Translations under genes and position numbers: made by a program
Source: Amoebophrya sp. A120
Taxonomy: Eukaryota; Protista; Dinoflagellata
Direction of reading: 5' to 3'
DNA length: 64,000 nucleotides
Assembly (NCBI GenBank): GCA_905178155.1
Contig: CAJINV010000003.1
Span: forward strand, 6,877,612-6,941,611
Shown here: positions 51,801-60,800 of the stretch, in pieces
Numbering within the stretch: the stretch's first letter is position 1
Layout of the letters: every line of letters begins with the position of its first letter
Notes under the pieces: generated by a model
What the model was told of the DNA's origin: nothing
Databases searched by the model: none
What the model saw: only the letters and a program-made list of their open reading frames with translations

Positions 51801-54800
51801 AGACGGACTGTGCTGCGAATTGCTCGCCACCAATGCTGACCCGGGAACACTTGTGGTTCAGATACATCCGCCGACCGTATTCGGCCAGCACTGGTGGCAT
51901 CGCGGCTGCAGTCGTGTCGTCAGACTCAAGTCGCTGCACCTGGTTGCATATCACACGGAAAAAAATGAATCACCAACAATATACATATAGTCTTTCTCAC
52001 TCTCACAGGCGGCCCATGGAGGACGATGAAAATCTGCCTGTGCTGGCCATTTTTCATTATTCATGCATTTCCCTTTGCTGGCGCTGGGTACATATCTTCA
52101 AGTGACCCCCACGACACTATGCAAATTCCCATCTAGTTGTACTTGTTGTATGTCTTGGACTAAGTACAACTTGAGGTAGATCTACTTTTTCTTCGCTGTG
52201 ATATTGCAGTTCCAGGAATCCGGGAAGTAATCGTAGCTGTACTCTACGGTAGGACTAACGCTGTCAACTTGGCCCAGCACTGGTTGAGTGAGGCCTGCTA
52301 GATCATCAGCCGTCGTGAGGACCCGCGCACAGCTTTCCGCCCCGGTCTCTGGATCTCGAACAGTGCGCAGCCGCGCTGGGCGGGCACCACTGGGAGGAGA
52401 TAAAGTACTACTACTAGCTGGGTTCATCTCGTCGCGAGTTGTACTAGAAGAAGCAGAGCCACCAGCACTATACGCACGCTCACAACGACATCGGTGAGCA
52501 AGCGCCCCGAAGCCAGGCGCCGCGGGGGTCAGCACTGTCTTGGAGCTGGAGCCGCGGTAGGCGCCGGCTTTGTCCGCTGCACGGTCCACTAGCAGCTCCG
52601 CCTCGCGGTTCCAGACCTCGCACACGGCATCGTGCTCTTCCCGCGTCAGCTGGCCGCCACAGGCTCGATAAGCGTAGTCGCAGGGCGACCTTCGTCGGCA
52701 CGTGGACCGGGAGAACTCTGGTTGATACTTTGCGATATCTGCGTCGGGGCGGTACCCTCGCAAAGACAAGGGCCGGAGCACGTGCTCGTAGTCGGGATGG
52801 TCACACGTACAGAAGTATCCCGCCCCCCCTTGCTCCCGAGCCTGGGTGGGCGTGCACGCATTTCCCAGGTTGCGGCGCCCCGTGGCAGGATCGAACTCCG
52901 CGCAAGGTGCCGCCGCGCAGACGGGAAGGCTCAGCTCCAAAACGCGCTGGTTGCCGGCGTCGGCCACGTACAGAATGTCCGTGCCCGGCTGAAACGCCAG
53001 TCGCCGGGGTTGTCGAAGCGTGTGGAACCCATTGGCGCCCTCGCCAAAGTCGCTCCCGAAGACGACGACGCCGAGCAGCGGCAACGCAGCTTGAGAATGC
53101 GGCACGTCGGCCGCTGTTGACCCCGAGGTGGATACCGAAGCGCCGCTCCGTTCGAGCAGCCGGTCCAGTGGAACGCGGACGATGCGATGGTTGCCCGAGT
53201 CCGTGATCCACAGGTACCCGTTGTGGATCACGATATCAGTTGGGTATTGAAGGAAGCGCGTGCCGCGTGCCTCCGTTTTGTTTTTCTTCAACACATACGC
53301 AAACGGGGCAGAGTTCAGGGAAGAATCCGAGCCGAATTGTTCTTGATTTTGCATCAACTCCTGGTCCTGGCCCCCACCATTACTCCAAAGGTATTGATAC
53401 TGTGTCATTTTCTCCTCGCGCGTACTAGGTTGCCACGCGCTCCCCACAAAGCTCTGCCCGAACACGACGCGACCACGGTGAGAGCCCCACGTTTCCTTTC
53501 GGCCTGTGAAAAAGCTGCTCTGGAGAGGCCAGGCGGAAATGCGGTGGGCTCCATACTCCGACACGAAGACTACCCCGTCCGTGATGGCTAGGCCACGGGG
53601 CATGGACGGATGAGTTAGGCCCCAGTGGTCGTAGGAGAACTTCTATCCCGAGAAAAAAGCGTTACACTCACATCACATTTGTTTCCCGATTTGTGCTTCA
53701 GCAACACATGCAGCGACAGGCTGTCTCAGTCTCTGCATGCCAGAGAAGACTTTGACTTACAATGCACAGATCATGAGAAATAAAAACTACATCAGCTGCA
53801 TATTTTATAGAACACTAGTAGAAGTAGGCAGGAGCTCGAGCTTCTCGTCCTGAGCATCTCCGGCATGACAGAGCTTCTATGTCCTCTGTCTTGCTCGGCC
53901 TGCAACATTACGCCACGGTGCGTAAAAACTGCAACACTTTTTTCCTTGCATAAACCAACATCAGCCTCAGGTCTGGAAGTGTCTGTCAACCTGCAGCGGA
54001 TCAAGTCCGTCACAGCGACCAGGCCCTCGCTCGTGTTTCGGGCGAGGTCATTGCCGAGTTTTCGCGGAATTACTTCGTCCAACTGTTCCGGCGAGTAGCC
54101 GGCTGAAGCCAGAAGGTCCTCGCACAGCTCCGCGCTCGAGCAGTCGACCACGCCAGCATATCCATATCCGCTGCTGCCCAGCCATCCGTGCCAACCTTGC
54201 CCGGAAGCGAACTGGAAAGGTACCAGACGTTTGGCAGTCTGATTCGCGTCCTGTGGCTATCCTTTGCAAACATGTCTGGGTCCTGTCCTGGCAGTCTGGA
54301 ATACTACTGCGCGAGCCTGCGATGCAGCTGTTGCATTCGCATTCCCTGCGCCGGAGGAGCTTTGCGATTGTAATTATGCCTACGATCCTTCATACTTACA
54401 GAAAGTGTTGAAAAGCACGGACTCCAAGTGGGACAAACCCAAAACAAAGCGGGCGGCGCAAAGGGAGTATACCAATAGTAGCCGCCTCAGCGGGGGTAGT
54501 GAGGTCATCGTGGTTTTTTTGTCTTCGTGCCAAAAAAAGACGCGACTTCTCTGTCCACCATGCCCCCGTGAGTGATGTTATGTACGACGGCGCGGCGGTC
54601 GATAAAGAACTCGGCAACAGCTGGCCTCCCTTTGGTTTCGAATCGGGAAGCCTTCCCCGCATGATATGGCCCCGCCCTGGCCCCCGCCAGGGTTGGCCCC
54701 TTGCCCTTGGGAGCCCCAAATCGGGCCCAGAGCATGCGCGCTGGCTTTTTGCTTCTGGCGGCCTTTGCATTTTTTGATTTTTTAATGAAAGAGTCGCGCT

Positions 54801-57800
54801 TTTTCTTTTTGGCTTGCTTTCTGCCTTGCAAATGCCGGACTCGACTTTTGTGGCCGGCGTGGCGGCTTCAAAATGGAGGCCAAAATAAGGCCCATAGCAT
54901 GCGGGCTCGCTTTCTTTTTCCCGCCGCCCCTTTTTGGGCGCCCCAAACAGCCAGAAGCCAAGGCGGTGGGCGCCTCAGAAGGGTGCCCCTTTTGCCGGCT
55001 CCCCAGCGTCGTTTTGTCAAGCGTGAGCCCATAGAATTGGCTCTGGCTTGTTTGACAATAAAGCCCCGGCCGCTTGATAAGTAAAGTTTTTCTATGTCAA
55101 AAAACACTTCCGGCCGCTTGAAAACTGCCAGCCGTCTGGCGCACTGCATGGCAAAAAAACAGCTAGGATAGAACGTTCGTGACCTCACTACATACTATTT
55201 CAATTTCTACACTTCTCCAGATGACTCAGACATAGTTGCTGTACGCGTAGTGGCGCAAACACAAACACGGTGGAGCTGGATGGCACAGCAGCATCGTACT
55301 GATCCCCGGCAGAGGTTGGAAAAATAGGGTCGTCTCGCCGATCTGATGGGAATTCGACAATGATGGCGTGTAGAGCCTCGTCGTCGTCCTGGTCAGACGC
55401 TCGCTCTAATTCGACTGGCAGTAGCACGTCTTCATCCGCAGCGGCGTGTGAGGTGGCCATCTCTTGAGCAAGGCGGCTTGCCGCAGGCCGTCGGCGAAAA
55501 CAGCGGCTGGGACCTCCCACGTTGCCCACACCTGCCAAGGCCCATTGATTTCTACTCGACGTCACCAAATCGGAATCACAACCGGTATCCAAAGCGGAGC
55601 TTCGCCTGCTCCGCACCCACACTCGGACTTGTGAAGCTCGGCTGGCGACATCTTCTGCCCCCTGCGTGCGCAAGTCAGTACCTGCGTCATGGTTGCCCAC
55701 CACGGGGCCCGGAACGCCCGCGAGCCGGCAGATGTCTTCGGGTTCGAGCGCTGCTGCCGCCTCAATAGCAGCTCCGTAATATGTCGCAAGAGCACCACCG
55801 CCGCCGGCGCGCACTTCGTAATACTCTCGCCTGTGGCAGCCGGCCAATTCGCACATCGCCGTGCGTGATTGACTGAAGAGCGACACGTGTCGCACGGTGT
55901 TAGGATCCGTCGCAACCAGAAACTCCGACCACGTGCCCGGGACGCGGACGATTGCCCGGGGGAAGGAAGTTCCGTGGGGAAGAAACCGCGCCACGCCCCA
56001 CCTCTCATGCAAGAAGGCTGCACTCAAACTCGTACCATTGATCGGGTCGGGCAACAGCAAGGCGGGCCCCTCATCCGGGGCGACAAGAAACCCAGCTGCC
56101 GTGACTCCTTCGTCTTCGCCGTTCACGTTCTGCCGCAAATCCTCGTATCCACTGGAAATAATATCCCTGGGTCTGGAAACATGCAAGCTTTCTCATGCGC
56201 ACTCGACATGACGACCCACGATGGCCGTCATTTTTATTTCTTATGCAGCCCTAGCTGCATCAGCCTCAGCGTCACAAATTTCGTGAGGGTCTCACGATGT
56301 AGCAGCTTCTTTCGTAGGAGAAAGGCCGTCTCGACGTCCGCGTAGGAGAAAGTACACGAACTCAACATCTCCTCTTGCTGCTAGTATGGAAAGCAGACTT
56401 TTTTAGAATCCAGAGACCGCATGATGATCAACATTGCATACAAGTTGCATTCTACTTCCAGACCCAGATGTGCTTGTTCTTGCATTTGATACCTCGGGCA
56501 CCGGAACCACAGTGGCGACGGGACCGCGTTGCAAGGCCGTGTTGACTATGCATTGCAAATATGTAGTCCGGGTCTGGAAAGGTGCAGACTTGCCATGCAT
56601 AAAAAAGCTAGATGAGATCGCGTTCGCGCCAAAATCTATCCCTTGCTAAGAGTAAAGTCGTGATGGCCAAACTATTATTCCGCAATTCGAAAGTGAAAGC
56701 CAAAAAGCCAAAAAGCTAAAAGCTAAAAGTAAAAGCTAAAAAAGTAAAAGCTAAAAGTAAAAGGCAAAGCTGAAAAATGAAAACTGCAAGCAAGAGAAAG
56801 GCAAAGCGTGCAGCAGAAGGCCAACGGCAGAATTTAAAAAACTTTTGAATTGCACAAGCAACAGCAATAGCAGGCAAGGCGGTGAAAGCTGGATAAAGAA
56901 AGCCAAAGCGTTTTCGGCGCTGACAGAAAATACGACACCTCAGGGTCAGGCTTTCAAAATCTGAAACAGCGGGCGCCCCAGCCCGAGGCTCGAGCTCGAC
57001 CAGCTGCCCGCCATCAGTTCGCTATATAGCGAACTGATGGCAGGCGCCCCCCCCCCGAGGTCCGACCAGGTCCCCGGGCACCTCAGCCCGAGGCTCGACC
57101 AGCTGCCCGCCATCAGCTCGCGGTATAGCGAACTGATGGCGGGCACTCCACCCCGAGGTCCGACCAGGTCCCCGCCATCAGTTCGCTATACCGCGAGCTG
57201 ATGGCGGGCGCTCCAACCCCAAATCCGACCTGGCAGAAAGAACGAGATCGACTGAAACAGCGCGGGAGTTTTTGAATTCCTGTTCTGGTTCTATTTTTTG
57301 TTTTTCGCTCTAGCGGAGTAACTTAATTTTTGGTCACACTTCTACAGGCGAAGCATACGTTGCTAGTTTGTGCTGCATGAGCAGAACCAAAAGTTGCCAA
57401 CTTCTTGCTACGCTGACAGCGAACTTCAATTTTCTCTGCGTGATAGCAACGATGCATGACAATAAACCTGGGCGCGGCAGCACTCTTCCAGACTCAGACA
57501 TCATATTTGCACTGGATATTGACCCTGTCAGCGTACCGCGAATCTGGACGCACGGTTGCATTCGCAAGTTGTGTCACAACGGAGACAAGACTACGACTTG
57601 AATCGGGGTCTGCGAAGCGCGGTAAGGTCTGCGCCTCATCTTCATCCACTTCCGCGAACCAGTACATTGCCAACGTATTCAGGCTGCCCACAGTCAGTCC
57701 ATGACTCGCGGTGAAGGAAAGGGCGGAAACGCCCTCAAGCCCTGACACGACGACCCTACTAAAGTTGCCCGCAGGGACGCACTCGGCATCTCGCGGGGGC

Positions 57801-60800
57801 CGGTCCGCCCACGGGGGGGACATGTAGGAAGCCCACGCGGCGTCGCTCCGAAGAACCGGAGCTACTCCGGGCGTCAAGGTCAGGCGGAAGTCATCCAAGA
57901 AGAACATCGTATCGGCGCGCATCCTGATCCGCGATTCGTAGTCGTCGTTGAGTCGCACAACGAAGCGGTACCGGCGCAGCAGGCCGCGCGCCGCGTAAGT
58001 AGCGGATACGGTACCGAACCTCTCTCCGTCGTCCGTGGTCACGTCTTCATCTTGCGAGTAAAGGGTGCCAGCAGGATCATCTTCAAGGATTTTGACAAAT
58101 AGTTCCATCCTTTTGTCAGTGTATTCCGTCGCGGACCACGGGAGCCTGCGCCCGCCCACATCTCGGACGCGAGGCACAACCACCGCCGTGAAGGAAATTT
58201 CCGCAAAAACAGGGCGATTTTGATCAATCGCATGGCCAGCAAGCCTTGTTTTCTTTGCAGGGAGTACGAAGTCCAGTGCGGCAGACGGGAACGCAACGCC
58301 GAGGGCCCATTTGTTTCGCCCGTCCGCGTAAGCCGTGGTATACTCTTCAAACCAAGCGGTCTCCGAGTTTGCCGCACTGTGCGGCGAACCTGCCCCGATG
58401 GAGGACGCTTCAGGGCGGGGGACTCCTGCGGCTTCCTCGTCGGACAACGGAAAAAATGACCATCCTGGTAAGCTGTACGAGTTCCGAACTTTCCCACCCG
58501 TCTGATACATGAACCGTTTGTCTTTACTTTGCGGCTGAAACAATCGAAAGAGACCTTCGGGTGTCATCGTGTCTGTGCGCAACGGTAGCAGCTCAAATGA
58601 CGGGTTCGGTAACAGGTCGCCCGGCGCCACGCCGGGCAGCGAGGACCCGAAGTGGAAGTCATTCGCGACAGGCCGGCGGCCTTCCGCGCAGGCGCAGGCA
58701 CCACCGAGCCGGGAAGTAGCTGCTGCGGCCGCGAGCTCCTTGACGCCCACACGCACTTGCATCGTTTGAGCTTGCAGCTCGGCCCAACTCGTCAAGGGCA
58801 AGTCATCTGCGTCGGAAAGCGGTGCCACTGGGCCCGACCAGAGTCCATGGGGGTACTGCTGCAGATCCGCCAGGCTGCAAATCTCGTCGCCCTCACGGGC
58901 ACGGCAGGAGTGGCATGCCCCGGGACTGGTTGCGGGGTCGGGTAGTTCGGCGCAACACTCGACCCCGCAGGTCGTGTTTAGACAGTAGACCTCCGGGCGG
59001 ATCACCTGGGTGGGCCGCATTGGGTCCACACCAAAAACGTTGCAGGTTCCCGTCTCCATCAAGAACTCCGCCTGGACCTTGCACTTGTCCATAGCAACGC
59101 TGCAACACAAGTCCTCGGTGCAAGCCCCGACGTCGGCGCCTGGGCACTGCTTATCCCGTGAAATCATCCGCCCCTCGCACCAATGCGGATGCAACCGTTG
59201 AAGCGCCCACTTTGCTTGCCCACAGGTCATGGGCTCCCGTTCTGGGCAGCAGGTCTGCATGGAACAGGAGTTTAAGCTGGTGGAGTAGCATCGCAGGTGC
59301 GGCTGCCACTGGCGCCGTGCCAGCTTGCAATGTTGTTGGAGGTTGCGCGCGGCCGCTTGACACATAATCATGTCCGCGCAACAATTTCCATGGCCGCAAG
59401 AGGACGCGTCTCCCGTGTCTCTCTCACAGTAGTGGTGGGTTTCGAAGGTGGTGATATTTCGGTACATTTCGGAAGACCCCGAGGTGCAGCACTGACCTGT
59501 GCACGCCTCCAGCGTTTCGCCCGTGTTGCACATGTCACTCGGCCACACCTTCCAGGACGCGGCCGAGTCTCCGTGCAGAGTCTGGCAAAGTCGCGTTGCC
59601 CTCTTTTCGTCATCCCGGGAGGCGATCATGGCGGAACAAGGGACGTTAGTACTGAGCCGCCGGCGCAGTTGTACTTCTGTGGGTCGTGCGGAGCCCGAGT
59701 CGGAGTTGTAGTATTCGTACTGCGACTTCTGCTGGTTGTTCTCGTGGTCGTCCACGACGGTGGGTCCAACCACCTCTTTTCGCCGACGCTCCAGGTCCAG
59801 CCCCGGCCCCGGGCGCTCGAATCCGCCTGTTTGTTCTTGAAAAGCGTCCTCTGTCTCCACGTCGTCGCCGTCGAGCTCGTCGACGATGTTGTTGAGGTCA
59901 ACATCTTGGTCGCCGTCGAGCTCGTCGACGTTGTTGAGGTCAACATCTTCAACATCGGGGCGCGCATCAGCGTTTTCTTCGATCCTTTTCACCGGTGAAT
60001 GAAAGGAGCTGCGATCTTCATCTTCACGAGCTGAGCCTAATCTTCCTCTCTTCGGAATACTCGAGGAACTGAAAGGTGTAGTCAACTTTCGGGACCACAC
60101 CCCTGGGAACCCGTCTGGGACTTGCCAAGGGGGGTTTTTTCCACTTTCCACGGCTTCTCGATTTCTCTGGTGCTTCTCATCGGTCGACCGATTCTGGTAG
60201 AAGTGGGTTCCATAGAAGACTTTGTTGTGCGACCCCAAGGAAAAATTGGCACCGGGCTGAAGCAGAGGAAACCGGACACAGTAAGCGTTCTCGCTGTACT
60301 GTCGGTATTCCGAAGTGATTTCAATCGGGCCACACATGCACTGCGGGGTCGGGTGCGTCTTATTGATTGCAAGGACACCCGTTGGCCCGAGGTCGCAATC
60401 TTCCCACTCCATATTGTGGTCGTCCCGAAGGTTGCCGATGCAACGCTCCCAGGGCAGGACTGTGCGATTCGGGTCTGGGTCAATGTCCTCACCGCCCTCA
60501 ACGTAGCACCAGATATCAAATAAAAAAGCTCTCGTCCACGATCACGCATGCGCATTTTTGCAATAAAAAACTGTCTGCGTTTGCCATGCGTAAAAATGCA
60601 CCACAGTCAAATTTCGCACGCAATTACGATTTTCTGCCTTGTACTTGTGCAAAAAAACAAGAAGACTCTGTAACGCGAGTAAAATTTCTACATGCAAAGT
60701 CAAAGACGGAAGTTAGTGACTATGACGTCGAACTTTTTTTATTCCATACCAGAGCGTTGGGCTGTAATGCCGCGCCCGTGCTTCGTCCCGATTTTGAAGC

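Larger units (their letters stand above)
56547..57518. mobile_element. TIR intron element, family A, with nested repeat cargo
   Basis: tatgcattgcaaatatg...ttccagactcagacatcatatttgcactggata; DR ttgac/ttgac. Confidence 0.88.

Noticed and set aside
59862-59950. Tandem duplication encoding DVDLNN(I)VDELDGD twice
   Set aside because: Ordinary in-frame duplication in an acidic linker
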